From assembly GCA_022813965.1 (NCBI GenBank), contig JALDZS010000074.1, forward strand, positions 1-64,000: a stretch of 64,000 nucleotides of DNA, in the 5' to 3' direction. The translations under genes were made by a program, and so were the position numbers. The notes beneath the pieces are model-generated. The model saw only the letters and a program-made list of their open reading frames with translations, was not told the origin of the DNA and searched no databases. The stretch's first letter is position 1. Each line of letters opens with the position of its first letter. This DNA is from Toensbergia leucococca. Lineage: Eukaryota. Positions 1 through 12,980 of the stretch are shown here, in pieces.

Positions 1-545
1 AAAGATGACTTAAAAGAAGGTTGAGCAAGTGAGAAATTCTCAAGGTGATAAAGTAAGTATACTGAAAAGTGAAGTGAATACTTAACAATAATGACGTAAT
101 TAGTGAGACTCAGCTTGTGAAGTGCAACAGTGCAGGTAATGGTTCTGAATTTTGAGACAGTCATTTTTAATTGAAATTATGATCTTGTAAGAAATTTAAA
201 GTTGATGGTTCAGATCTAAGTGATAGTCTTAGAGGTGCTATCAATCATTTTGAGTTCACTTAGATTCATGAAAGTAGTAGTGAGTATCTTAGTGAATGCA
301 ATAAGACTGCAGTCTCATTCAGACATCTGAGCACAACTTTCAGAAAGATCAATGAGTTTGCAAGCTCAATAACTTTAATAATAGAGACAAGAATCATAGA
401 CAATGATAATACAATCAAGAATCATAGTCAATCTTATGAAATGATGATCTTTCTATCTATCAACTAATGGCCTAATCCTCAAAAACATGAGGTGAAAAAG
501 ATGATGAATTGCTAAGCTAAAATCTGGCTACTTAACTAGCTATGA
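1..545. mobile_element. AT-rich, CpG-depleted degenerate repeat, probable transposon relic
   Basis: No long ORF, low GC, only about one CG dinucleotide in ~540 bp, abrupt return to normal composition near 560. Confidence 0.5.
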
Positions 546-613
546 TTACATAATCTAGCTCCCATGTGCAAGTCCGAAATACCGAGCACCTGCCGCCGAG
601 GCCCTCGGCCTAC

Positions 614-2285
614 CTAACTCCTCGGTTTCCTGTTTCCTCCCTTGGCAGCTCCAAACTCCTGCAGCATTCGGACAGTTGTGTAGCAGGTTTGGGTGAGTGT
701 CAACAACTCTATACGAAAATGTCAGCGAGGCTGCTCCTCTCTGTGGGGAAAGGTTCTCGAGCCTGAAGATCTTACGTCCTAAACAGTTCCTTGGGCCCGC
801 GCTAAAGGGAAGGAATTTCTAATTGCTTTTAGCCGCTTGGAGTCTAAAAAGTCTGATAGCGTTTCTCCATGTGATGACATACCCAGAGCCTCCTCTCTTC
901 GCTTTCTTCCTCCCATCGCTCCGGCCGAAATTCGTTGGCATCTTTGCCCCAAAGATCAGGTCGTCGGTGGAGGGCGGCAATGCGGAGTAACACTATCGTT
1001 CCTTTTGACACAAAGACTGAAGAGCGGCCATCGGCTCCGCCTCCAAGAGGAAGGATAGTGTCTTTACTGGCAACTCGTGAGTTGGTTGGGGCAACAGGGT
1101 ATAGCCGAAGGGCTGTATTGGAGATATGTCAACGTCCGTAAAGGTGTAGCTAGGGATAAAATTGACTTGCTCTCATACACACAGTTTTGAAGGTACCGCA
1201 TGCTTTGCAATTACTTAAACGTAGGCGGCCTGCCTTAGAGCTGATCGACTTCGACGCGTACTTGTTGCATAATGTCTGGACTCCGAGCAAGAACAAAGAA
1301 AAGAGATGAAAATTAAGGAAGCAGTGGCGTCTCGACCGATTAAAAATATCGTCAGAAGTTCTTCACGAAGGACCTCTCGATCTTCTGTAAGCTTTGAAAG
1401 CTCTCTTAAGAAAATATATCTCTTCGTTGCTTTTTCTTCATGTATTGCCTCTTGTTTCTCCCTAGCAGCAACGAAGGTCCGATGTTTGATAGCTCGTTCC
1501 ACAAGCTCATCAATGAAATCATGCGCCTGCTTTACACCATGCCAAAAGTCTCGTTGTGGTAAGAGCCTTGCAAGCCTACCAAAACGTGCCCTTCTCTCCC
1601 CACCCAGTTGGGCATTGTGGAGAGCGGCAGTGAAACGATCTTGGAAGTTTTCAGGGGTTATTAATGAGTATATTGACTCACCAAACATAAGTCGGTTTTT
1701 GCATCAGCGGTCAAACGGAAGAAGAAGGGGGCAAGGTCAACAATAGACTGATCGCGTGGGAGAATCCGGAACAAGTTTTGAACGTGCTTCTCAAGGCTTG
1801 TGAAGTCGCCAATCTGATTTTTGGAAAAGCTAGGCCGATGCAGAGCCCGCGAGAGCTCCCATTCTGCACCATCAGATAGAAGAATTGATCTGCCCCTCAA
1901 AGGTGAAAGAGCGTCCAGCCTGGGAGAACTAATCTTGTAATGTTTGAACCTGGTTATCAAGACTGCTTCGAAGTTTTCCGGCTCAATTGTGTTGACAGCG
2001 GAAAAGGCCAAGGGCTGGCATGAAAATGTATATCCATAATGCTCATACAGCTGTCGAATTCGCGCGATGGAGGTGTGACATTTTGCCGCTTGGGTCGAAG
2101 TCCAAATCTCATCCAAACCAAATATGGGATCTTTCAAGTTGTATTTTACGGGAGAGCTATAACGATACCCTCAGCTTGAGCTCTTGGCGGGACCTTCGCA
2201 AGCCGATCCAGTCGTGAACTATGCGGAGGCCGATGAGGACAATGCCACAGGATAACCAAAGAAAAATGTATACTTTCAACTCCAT
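614..2285 (-). pseudogene. Cytochrome P450 pseudogene (CYP52-clan-like)
   Basis: ATG at 2285 with a TM anchor. Motifs: KDPIFGLD, I-helix [31 protein letters not shown] and heme FLPFSAGPRNCLG (~780-815). Frameshifts near 2160, 1690 and 1310, and in-frame TAA stops at ~1236 and ~1212. Confidence 0.9.
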
Positions 2286-3175
2286 GGTGTAAGAATAAAA
2301 GCTATATCGACGTAAAACCTTGTGTCAAGCACAGATGAGGGGGAATGCGGTATGGAATTCAAATCGGCCAGGGGCTATCTTGTTATTCCAATACTGCCAT
2401 GAGGAGACAAAGACTGATGATCATAAAATCTTTGCGAGGCATCGAAAACCTCTACAGATGCGCTGGCAAGGCACATTGTTACACCCTTAACAATACCAGT
2501 ATCTCAGGCCACAGATTCCCATGTGTCAGATTTGGAGATGATAGCAGCAATAGTTGAATGGATCGGTCAATATGCAGTATCCAGAGTGTTCACCACATAC
2601 ATGCATTCGTCGCCTGCATATACGGGGGTAACTGCATGCTGCAAGGTATGCTGTGGCGATAATCAGCCGTGTGGGGGTAGTTCTAATGCCACTGAGCAAC
2701 GGCTAGATCTAATCTATGGAAGTCATCGGAGCCTCATCGAAGCACCCTAGGTTGCCTAGCTAAGGTAGATATTCAACGATGACACGGTTCATTGATAATG
2801 GGAGGTTGCCTTAATTCAGCCTGCGCAGATCCCGCCATCTAAGCCAATCACTATCTACTTGGTGGTGTTCCCGGATGAAACCAAAGTGCATCCGCTGGCG
2901 GGACCTGCGATTCGTCCGCCTCAAGTCCTCATAGTGTCTGCAAGAGTGCAATCTGACCACCTCCACCAGAAAGCTTGACGGGATGATGCCTGCTCCACGT
3001 CATAGCTGTATGGAAACTGTGCCTCAAACAGCCAAGCACCTTCCGTGATGTTTTTCAAATCTCCCTCGTGGGCTGAACTCAGCTTTGCAACTGCTTGTCA
3101 TGACACACTTGGAATCTTAAATACCGTACCAGTGATTGATTTTTACTTCTGCTTGCTGCGATAAATATTTTCAGC

Positions 3176-4690
3176 ATGGGTTCTGTTGCTAAACCACACG
3201 CCCCAGCGGTCATTCCGACAAGTACAGTGCTACCAGCTCTTTGCATCATCGCAGTTAGCCTACGCTTTTGGTCCCGACGTCTCCAACTTGCGAGGCTAAT
3301 GCTAGACGACTGGCTTGTTCTCATAGCCCTGGTAATCATGCTCTATCTCAATATTCATGATATGAACGAAGCTAATAGTCTTCCTAAAATCTAGATATTT
3401 ACTATTGGTATAGCAGTCGCTCTCCTGATCGGTAGGTGCATTCTCAATTCATTTCGGCTTCAAGGGGATTTTTCTCACGTGTTTTAGGAGTACACTTGAA
3501 AGCAATCGGTTTTCCTACACCTCCAACCCCTACTAGCCCCCTGACTATTTCCGCTGAAGCTGTTAGTCATGTCAAATAGCTATTTCCCATGTCATGGATG
3601 CTAAATCTGTCCCTAGATTGAATGGGCTGTTCAGTTAATGCAGGTTCTGCAGCTGGGTTTCGTCAAACTCAGCTTTATCTTCTTCTTCCGTCGTATTTTC
3701 TCCGTGGGTAAAGCCAGCCGATTCAACCAATTTGCGATGGGTATGATTGTACTCATCATATTGTGGACTATGGCTTTCTTTTTCAGTATTCTGTTTGCTT
3801 GCAGAGGTCACCTCTCGGCATGGTGGAGAGACACCCACGCTCAAGTAACCATTTCATGCATCAACGTTTTGGTATTTGAACAGGGTTACCCAGCGGCAGA
3901 TTGCATTATGGATTTCATGATTATCGCCATGCCGATACCCATGGTTGGTTTACTATTCTCTCAAAACTTCACCTCAGAAAGATACCTGAACATTTCCGCT
4001 TACACATAATCGCTGTAGATTTGGCAATTGCAAATGGCTACTTCTCGGAAACGCACGCTGACTGCGATTTTCTTTCTTGGTGCTCTGTAAGTTTCTGGGA
4101 ACATGCCTTACGGCATGTTATATGGCTGATCTCCCTAAGAGCCGTGATCGCATCTATTGTTAGGATGATAGTTTATTATCAAGCCAGAGCGAGTATGCAA
4201 CCTCATCCTGTTTTCCAGCCTCGAATAATACGCTAATCAAACTAAAGTTGCCTTTCATAATGGCATAGACCACGATCGTAAATTCTGATAAACACAGCAT
4301 ATGGCATAAGCGCTAATTGCCATAGTCCTCATTACTCAAGTCCTTCTCTGGAGCTTGATTGAGTCGTGCCTCGCCAACATTGCGGCCTGTCTACCCATAC
4401 TGTGCAGTCTCTTTCGAAGACCTTGGTTCGATGCTTTGACACTCAGCGCCCGCCGAATCCTATCTCTTCTCTCGTTCAGTCGAAACACTGACATGGATAG
4501 CAACAAAACCGCGCATAGGAGCAATTCCACAACGTCACACGCTCAGATCATTCCAAATCACTCCGAATCCACGCACGTGGAGATCTACGCCATGCATGAT
4601 GGTTTAAAGAAACCATTTGAACAGACAATTGTGGGCCCTAGTGAGATTGCGGTTAACAGCAGCATAACCCAATATTATAATATAGTTTGA
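3176..4690 (+). CDS. PTH11-like integral membrane protein (fungal rhodopsin domain, no CFEM), ~8 exons
   Basis: AVSLRFWSR..LMLDDWLVLIAL, KLSFIFFFRRIF, DFMIIAMPIPMIWQLQM..RK, WSLIESCLANIAACLP. Exons join in frame through GT-AG introns. Confidence 0.85.
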
Positions 4691-5089
4691 AGAAAGAAAG
4701 TGACTGCAGCCTTTGCTGACCATGGGGTTTGAGGTGAAGTGAACAGTGTAGGTAGGAAAGCGGTTGGTTTTTTGCCGAGTAAAATTAGATCTACAAGTCT
4801 GATTCTGTTTTTCCTACCTCCCTTACAGGGGAAGGCCGAACCATTTTAGTCATCCTATAATTCATAGTATTTCAGAAACTGAGGCGAAATAAAAATGAAT
4901 CCTAATCTCTAAGCATAAATGATCTGTTTTTCTCGCTATCTGCCTAGGGAAAACACTATCAACGGCTTTTTCCGGTGAAAATATGGCTCCGTAGATCAAT
5001 TTGGATCATATCCGGACTCACGGTCAGCTGAACAATCTCAACCTTTCTTGTTCTGACTTTTCAATGCACACCGTTGGCATTTTTCTGAG

Positions 5090-5796
5090 ATCGATCTATA
5101 TCAGATGGTCATTGTATCAATGCTGATACCTATTGTTTCACCAACGGGACATTGAGTATGATCACTGTTCTCATCGTCTTGTGTCTGCCGTTGCCCGTGG
5201 TCTGGAAATTACATGTCTCGAACGCGAAGAAGCGGGGACCCATATTCTCTTTTACAGTAGGCTCATTGTACGTGAATCATACCTGTCATTGTTAGATTGT
5301 TGCTAAGTGATGAACAAAGTGTCTGTGCGTTGAGTGTCGCCAGATTAGTCGCAATCCGTCGAATTGTTGCCACTGATCTACCATATAAGTAAAACCTTCG
5401 TGCAATGAATCAAGAAATCTCTCTAAAGACATCACAGGGACCGCGGTATACCCTGGAATGTGGTCCTGTCTTGAAACCAACTTTGGTGTAGTCAGTGACT
5501 GCCTACCTTCTTTGACTCCGATGTTCCGCTTTGCCTACGGTGAAAGCAAAGTTGCCAAGCACTCCCATCACAACTATATGAAACAGCGCGATGGTGAACC
5601 AAAAATTCGCACATTTGGTAGCGCGGGAAACCCAGCCAGGCGACCCGAAAGTCTCAAGGACATGGGGCAAAGTCGGGCGTGCTTTGATGGGGACCAGGAA
5701 TACGAATTGAGAGACATATCGGAGCATATCTCGACTGGTATAATGGTGACACGGCAAGTAGACTTGATTGTGGATAGGCTTCGGGACGATTTGTGA
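5090..5796 (+). pseudogene. 3' remnant of a second PTH11-like gene
   Basis: LIVLCLPLPVVWKLHVSNAKK (~5170-5230) and WSCLETNFGVVSDCLPSL; no N-terminal half recognisable. Confidence 0.65.
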
Positions 5797-6405
5797 CCTT
5801 GCTGAGTTGCAAGATTGGGACGGAAGTTTTTATAGGAGCCATGTTCCCACGGTTCACCCACGGTCTATTTGGCTGGCAGTGAGCTATCTTGTAGCTATTG
5901 ACGACAGCTGTATCAAGAAGAAAATGTTGTGTTTATGGCAGTGGATCGCCCGGAGGATCATTGATCCGTGCCGCCTACACATAGATTTCTGTAGATGGTC
6001 AGTTAGATCCTTCCTACTAAGCAATGCAATTACTCGTAAAATACCTCCGTTGACAAGAACCCATAGAAAGGTTTAATTTGTGATCTTAGGTTGACAGACA
6101 TGATAGACCTTTCAGCAAGGGGAGAAAACCTCGATGACGGAAGATCATATGGAGTACTCGTGGTCGTTGGCAATCGTCGTTTTGATGAATGCGGCCGGGG
6201 GATGATAGAATACCGATCAACGTTGACTGGACGCCACAAAAGCCCACTTGATCAGGCTGACGTCCGCTCTCAATACTTAGTACATACCTGCAGGCATACC
6301 AACCAGCTTTCTCTCTTCACTCTATCTTTCCGACGACACATATTCCTTAATTTTCTATACAATTGCTTTCGCGGTTCCCCCTGAAATCGAAGACCAACGG
6401 ACAGT

Positions 6406-9400
6406 ATGGAGAAATTGAGAGGACTCCTCAAGGGCAAGTTGAAGATGGAATCTTTCGACAACGGAGCTTCTGATCCCTCAGCGTCTGCCTCGAACTCCCC
6501 ATACTCAACGACAGCAGGCCCAGACAAGTCGAAGAAAGCTACTGCCACATCGGTCAAGTTCAGATACGGTTTAAGAGAACCGGTGTTCGAGGATAAGGAT
6601 CCTCAGATAGAGTGAGAGCCCGAGTATCGCGTACCAGTGCTTTGAGCTAGGCTAACGAGACAAGCGTCATTGCAGTACATGGTTTGAATGGCGACAGGGT
6701 TAACACATGGACTGAAGGAGATGTTTTTTGGCTTCGCGACCTCCTCCCTTGCACGCTGAGAAGTAGGGGTATTCGGGCCCGGATATTCAGCTATGGCTAT
6801 AACGCCGATGCATCTTCGAGCGATGCTGTCTCCGTACAAGACCTCTGGGGTCATGGAGAAGCCTTCCTCTCCGCAGTCGTCACCCGGCGGGAGATTGACA
6901 AGGTAAGCATTCTCGAGAGCTGAAATGATGTCGTTGACTCAAATCGAAACTCAGGTGATAGACAGGCCGATAGCTTTCATAGTACATTCCTTGGGAGGCT
7001 TAATCTTAAAGAGCGTAAGTCCATGCGGTCGTGGCAGTCGCATCCTGATTACACTGTGATACTGACATGGCGTCAGGCTCTCATTATGTCAAATTCTAGT
7101 ACTCCGGATCATTTCCCAGACAGCAAATCTCTGAGCCTATCAACTCATGGCATAATATTCTGCGGTGTTCCCCATCAAGGAGGTAATGGAACTGCTTTGG
7201 GGGAAATAATCCTTAAAATTGGATCTGTTATGACACATACGACGACGAAGATTGTACGGATCCTAGAGCCTCAGAATGAGGTACTCGAGACACAATTCCG
7301 TTCGTACATGCCTATCGCCGGTCGCTTTCACACGGTTCCACTATTCGAGACAGAAGAGACGCCGATTGCATTAGGGAAGACACTGTTGGTACGGAAAACT
7401 TCCAAGCAACGCTGCCATCTGGGAGTCTAATAGTGAACTTAGATCGTCCCTCGTTCGTCAGCGGTTATGGAAGCACAAACGGGTCAAAAATACAAGATGC
7501 CTGTGGGCCTCGATGGAAAAAATCATGTTACTATGGTGAAATTTTCTTCAAGCAAGGATTCAGCTTACGAAACCCTGTCTTCCCAGCTTTTGCTTATGTT
7601 GACCAAATCGTACAGAGACGTCTATGATCGTTGGGATATATGGAACAGGGATCTGAGTATGTAATTTGTAGACATGCACCTTGTTTTCTGAATAACGCCC
7701 TGAGGACATCATTAGAGGAAAAGGATTTTGCTGGTATCCGACTCCGTCCGAAACTACCATACGCTCCCAACACGCGATTCTGTGGTCGAGAAGACGAAAT
7801 TAATAAGATCAGGCTAGGCCTTGATTCTCGTCATGACAATAAGCAAAACATTGTAGCGATACATGGCGCAGGCGGAATGGGGAAGACACAGCTAACATTG
7901 GAATATGTTTATCGTTACCAGAAAAAGTATGCCTCAGTGCTGTGGATCAACGCAGCATCCAAGTCGACAGCTGAAGCAGCCTACATACATGCTATGGAAG
8001 ATCTCATCTCCATCGAGGCAAGGAACGCACCGAATAGTCAACCGAGCTTTTCAAAGATCGGAAGAGAGCTTGATATTATTGGTCTGGTCGATTCAAATGG
8101 TGCTCTTATCCTACCAGAAGATGATGAAAGGGCTAAAAGGCGGGTGATAGAGGGAGTGAAGAAGTGGCTAGCTCGAGATATCTGTGGAAACTGGCTCCTT
8201 ATCTTTGACAACCATGATGATATGAGCTTTCCATTGCGAGAGTTCTTCCCAGCCTGCCCCTGGGGATCGATCATAATTACAAGCCGTAGACCCGACGTTA
8301 AAGATTATGCCACAGCATTCCACCAACTTGACAAACTTGATGAGACTAGCTCGATCAGATTGCTACTCATCGTCTCCGAGAGAGATGAGAATGATGCTGC
8401 AGGTGAGAGTATAATATGTGATCTTTTCCGCATATATGCTGACCTTGAACCAAGTTCGAAGCCAAGCACAAAAGATCGTGCAAAGACTTGACTATCTACC
8501 TCTAGCGATAGACCAGGCCGCTGCATATATAGCCAACCGTCCTCACAAACCACTCGAATCTTACATTCCAGTATATGAGAGGAAGGAAAAAGAATTGCTA
8601 GGAGATAATGAACGCAGTTGGCCTGATTATAACCTCACATGTATGACGACTTGGGAGATTTCGCGGCTGGCGATCCGGAAAGATTCAAGACCTGCTACTG
8701 CTTTATTACAGGTATGCTCATTTTTCAATAACATTGATATCTGGGGAGAACTGCTACGACGATCGTTCACTTTCGAGGGCAAGAGCCTGTCTGGTTCGTT
8801 TCAATCTCAAAGAAGATAAGCGCTGAGCACTGACGAATTCTTTGCAGAGGACGAGGTCGACAACTTGATTGCAAGACTATATTCGTATCATCTGATCAAG
8901 CCGACACTAGCTGCAGACACATTTTCAATGCATGCCATAATTCATGCATGGGCCCGAGAGCGTCTGGATCCGGAAGATAGGATGTTCACTGCAGTCGGCG
9001 CCGCTAGTATGCTAAAAGATGCCATTCTATCTGTCTGCAAGCAACATGAAATCCGAAGCATCACTGAATATACTTTTGAGAAAAGACTATTGCCGCATAT
9101 GGAGTATTTCCTCCGCGCAAGTGATTCAATATTTGGAGCTACCGCTATGAGAAAAAGCCTGGAGACCGTGAATTATCCAGATATGGCATTTCGAGGGCGA
9201 GTGTTATCCGTTGTTGACACTGCTTTATCTACCACGAAGCTACACCAAAATCATAGTTCGACAGAAGCAGCGCAGGGATCTCCTCTGATTGGCAAGCGAT
9301 ACTACACGTCTACAAACCCAGTTGACCCACAATTTAGCAACACCATCCATGATGTGCGGGCAATTTCTTACACGTCAATGATTGTGATGGAGGAGGTTTT

Positions 9401-10508
9401 TGGCCGTCAAGGTCGGCACAGAGCGTCAGTGAGTATCACAGTCGCGCTTATATATTTCATGCTCGGGTTCTCTGAGGGGCAAAATGTCTCAGCAATAGTG
9501 ACTCACATCGGAAACCTTGCCGGCCAGCTTCGGGACACGGAAAATTACAGAGAAGCTGAGCCCCTATATCGGTTTGCTATTGCAGAATGGCCACCAGCAG
9601 CTTCCACAGCTGTGGAACAAACTGGCGTCCTCAAGAGTGGCCTTGCTTCGATGCTAAGTAAGCTCGGAAGATACGATGAAGCAAATGATATAATTTTAGA
9701 GCTGCAGCCTATTGGCTCATTAACTCGTGCGGATTTGAATGACAACGAATTGACCAGACTGAGCAATGAGGCAATCAATTTAGAACGGCAAGGGAAATTT
9801 GAGGCAGCTGAGAAATCACACCGCTCTGTTCTCGAAGCTCGGAGGAGAATACACGGCTCACAACACCCCGATACTTGCACAACTCTTAACAGCCTGGCTG
9901 TCGTGCTAGAAAAGCAGAACAAACTTACCGAAGCCGAGCAATTGCATCGAGAAGCTCTAGCTAGCAGACAAGCATTTCTGTCAGAGGGCCACGACGAGAT
10001 ACTCCGGAGCATGAGCAATCTAGCAGTCACGTTGAAAAAGCAAGGCAAGTTTAATGAAGCCACCAAACTCTACTCAGAGGCCATCCAATTTTCGACTCAA
10101 TGGCGAGGCGAGACTCACTCCGAAACCCTCCGGACCAGCAAAAACCTCGCGGTCCTGTGGGCTGTCCAACGAGACTTTGAGCGAGCCGAGCCAGAAATGG
10201 GCAGATGTACCGAGGGGCTTACTACAACGTTGGGATTGGATCATCCGGCTACGCTAGACGCTATTGCCAGCTGGGGCAACATCTTACGAGATATGGGACG
10301 ACTGGACGCAGCTTGTGATCGGTACTGGTCTATTCTCCAGGTTCGACTGCGAAAACCGGCACAGGATAGCCCCACCAGACAAGCGTTCCTGGGCTTGCAA
10401 TCCGTCGAGCGGATTCATGCGCAAAAGGGCCAAGATGAAATGGCTGGAATGATCAATGAAAAAACGAGGAAATTTGTAGCTGAACTTCAGGCTCGAGTCT
10501 CTAGTTGA
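6406..10508 (+). CDS. Fungal NLR: SesB-like alpha/beta-hydrolase + NB-ARC + TPR repeats, multi-exon
   Basis: VIAVHGLNG..WLRDLLP, nucleophile elbow VHSLGG, NHVTMVKF; Walker A GAGGMGKT, Walker B WLLIFDNHD, IIITSR, LPLAIDQAAAYI; ~42-aa TPRs such as HPDTCTTLNSLAVVLEKQNKLTEAE. Checked junctions splice in frame. Confidence 0.9.
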
Positions 10509-10529
10509 CTCGTTCATTACTTTTCCTGA

Positions 10530-10745
10530 GACACATCTTTCAATCTGTGTGTAGAGTCTATATACTTTATATATTTTTCTTTTTATACTACAATTAAGTT
10601 CAAAATAACTGAAATTAGTCTAAGTTTATCTTTATGTTTTACTATTCTCATTTCATTCTCTCTGAGCTTTAGTATTTCTATTAATTTATTTTAACTTTAA
10701 TCTTATTTATAGCAATCATCTAACTCTGAGCTTTAGATTAAAGAT
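10530..10745. repeat. Very AT-rich, CpG-poor degenerate segment
   Basis: Composition only; it abuts the TIR element at 10747. Confidence 0.4.
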
Positions 10746-10746
10746 A

Positions 10747-11195
10747 GGGTTTCAATATCCCGACACCCCATATCGATAGACCGACACCCCCATTTGATAT
10801 GCCGACACTCCTCTCCTACCACTATCCAATCCGGTAATAACACCCCTAGGCGCATAGAGAATAATCATCATTCCGCACCACATTTTGACTCGATTCCCCA
10901 CCTCTTTTTCATGCCAACCATATCCTCAATTGCGTGTCATTCAGGAGCATGGTTTATCAAGGGAAATATTGTGATTTTTGCTTGAGTTTCCACCCAATTC
11001 CCTCACCACCGGGCGGACGATCACCCCCGGGCGTATAGGGAATTATCATGATTTCGTACCACATTAGCACTTGATTCTCTTCCACTATGCAAGCCATTTA
11101 CTTGTTCTATTCGCGTCCCATCTAGAAGCATGGATTCCAAGGGAAACATCGTGATTTTGGTTTGATGTTTCACCCCCCCCACGGGCGCAATGTCA
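10747..11195 (+). mobile_element. Truncated non-autonomous TIR element (left arm only), same family as 31887-32590
   Basis: Starts GGGTTTCAATATCCCGACACCCC with three CCGACAC subrepeats; internal blocks match the 31887 and 56419 copies; no right TIR found. Confidence 0.8.
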
Positions 11196-11333
11196 ACCAA
11201 AGCAGTCTTAGGAAAGTCAGGGGAAAGCTCGGATTCCCTCTTTTTCTATGAGCTTTCCAAAAAATACTGTGGTATAACCTGAGCGAACAGCCCTGCGGTC
11301 CGTACAAAGAACGGTTCTTTAACCTGCGTCAAG

Positions 11334-11710
11334 ATGGTGCCATTGCTCCTTTTTCTTGCCATTCTTGGAATATGGACCATCCATTCTTTTTACTTGATTG
11401 TATATCATCTATATTTTCATTCACTTGGGCGTTTCCCGGGGCCTAATATTGCCGCTGCTTCAAAAAGGTACGAGATCTCTCAATATTCTAAAGAGACCTG
11501 GAGGGCTGTTTATGTTTGAGATCGAGCACATGCATGATATTTACGGTATGCCCTGTATCTTGGGAGAACCCTGATCTAAATCAGACTTCTGGGCTGATAA
11601 TTCAACCGCGAACAAGTCCAATCATACGTATCAATTCAGAGAAACTTCGCGTCAAAGATTCAGGATGGCTCAGAGCTTTATACACAAGATTCACGTCAGT
11701 AATTACTTAA
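11334..11710 (+). pseudogene. N-terminal remnant of a cytochrome P450 (CYP58-like N-terminus)
   Basis: TM helix, then YHLYFHSLGRFPGPNIAAASKRYE, EIEHMHDIYG and PIIRINSEKLRVKD across frameshifts; the rest of the gene is absent. Confidence 0.7.
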
Positions 11711-12980
11711 CTTACCAGTTCCTGAAGGCTTGACCTTACTCGCTGAAATGTCAAAGTTGTTCAAGATAAATATCCGCCAGCAGCACACTTGACTGGGACG
11801 CCTCAAGGTGGTAAGTAGAGAAGAACATGACTCGTAGACGAGGACCGATTCAGGCTCCCTTCAGTCTTCAGTACCATCTCTCATGAAACTCAAAGGAGGC
11901 GATGAGCAGCCATAAGTCCAGTTTTCTCAAAGACCACTGTAACCTCTGCTGAATTACCTGGTATCTCTTATTTTCTTAGGGTATCGAGCTCAGTCTTTTA
12001 CCCACCTAATAGAATGTTTTTGCCCAAATCTCGTGCCATGACCTACTGAATTGTGACTTCTACCATTATTTATACATTGTAAGTATACCATCCGAAGAAA
12101 AGACTATTCACCTCTATGCAGGGAGAAGGATAGGGGCAGGCGAGACAGGATGCAGGTAAGGTGCAAATTATGGCGGTTTCACCCAGCTTGCTTAGGTCCT
12201 CGCATGCATACTGCAACTGTACCTCGAGTTACCGGTGTACCTCTGGACTGACTAGTAGCGCAGTGTTTTGTGTAACTGCGTCACTGTTTTAGTAGCGTTA
12301 TCACAGGGAGAAGCGTAGTCAGGATTGTCTGTCATAGAAGAATTAATTCCATATGTACATCGAAATTGATTTATCGTATGATATAAATACAACAGCCTCC
12401 ATCTACTGAAAAACAACACCCTCAACCAACCTGACTAGCCTAGCAGAATACGAATATACAATGGCTTTGAGTTGACCCTATGAAACAGAGTAACCCTAAG
12501 CAGGAGAGGGACCTTGATGCGCTTAGACACATTCAAGGATGAGGTGTGATCAAGGTCTTTGTTACACTCAAGTTCAAGACTGAGCGGCGCAGCTTGCAGC
12601 TGATTGATAAAGCATGTAAAAGCCCGCGTGGGATGTCGGTGGAGTAGCGGTAGTTCAACGGGATTTTGCTGGCCCCCTGCATCACAACAGCATCCCAAAC
12701 AAGATGATATCAGAGACCCGTATTCAGTAACAGGGCCGCGTAACCCCTCGCCCTTCAACGCCGTTAAGATACTTCTACTACAAGAGATGTTTCATTGTCA
12801 AGCTTTAGGGATGACAGCTCAGCTCCTGTCTCCTGAATTTTCACACCGTCAGGTTAATATCTTATTTGCCATGTCTTTCAAGTGTCACTATCAATTGCTG
12901 TGTCTTGAACAATACATAAAGCCCTCTTACCTGCCCCGAGGGCGTTTCAAGCAGACTTCAACGCCCGACTTTCAATCAGA

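Noticed and set aside
6406..6615. Amyloid signalling motif at the NLR N-terminus or an adjacent HeLo/gasdermin partner
   Set aside because: No N/Q/G-patterned motif and no neighbouring effector ORF recognised.
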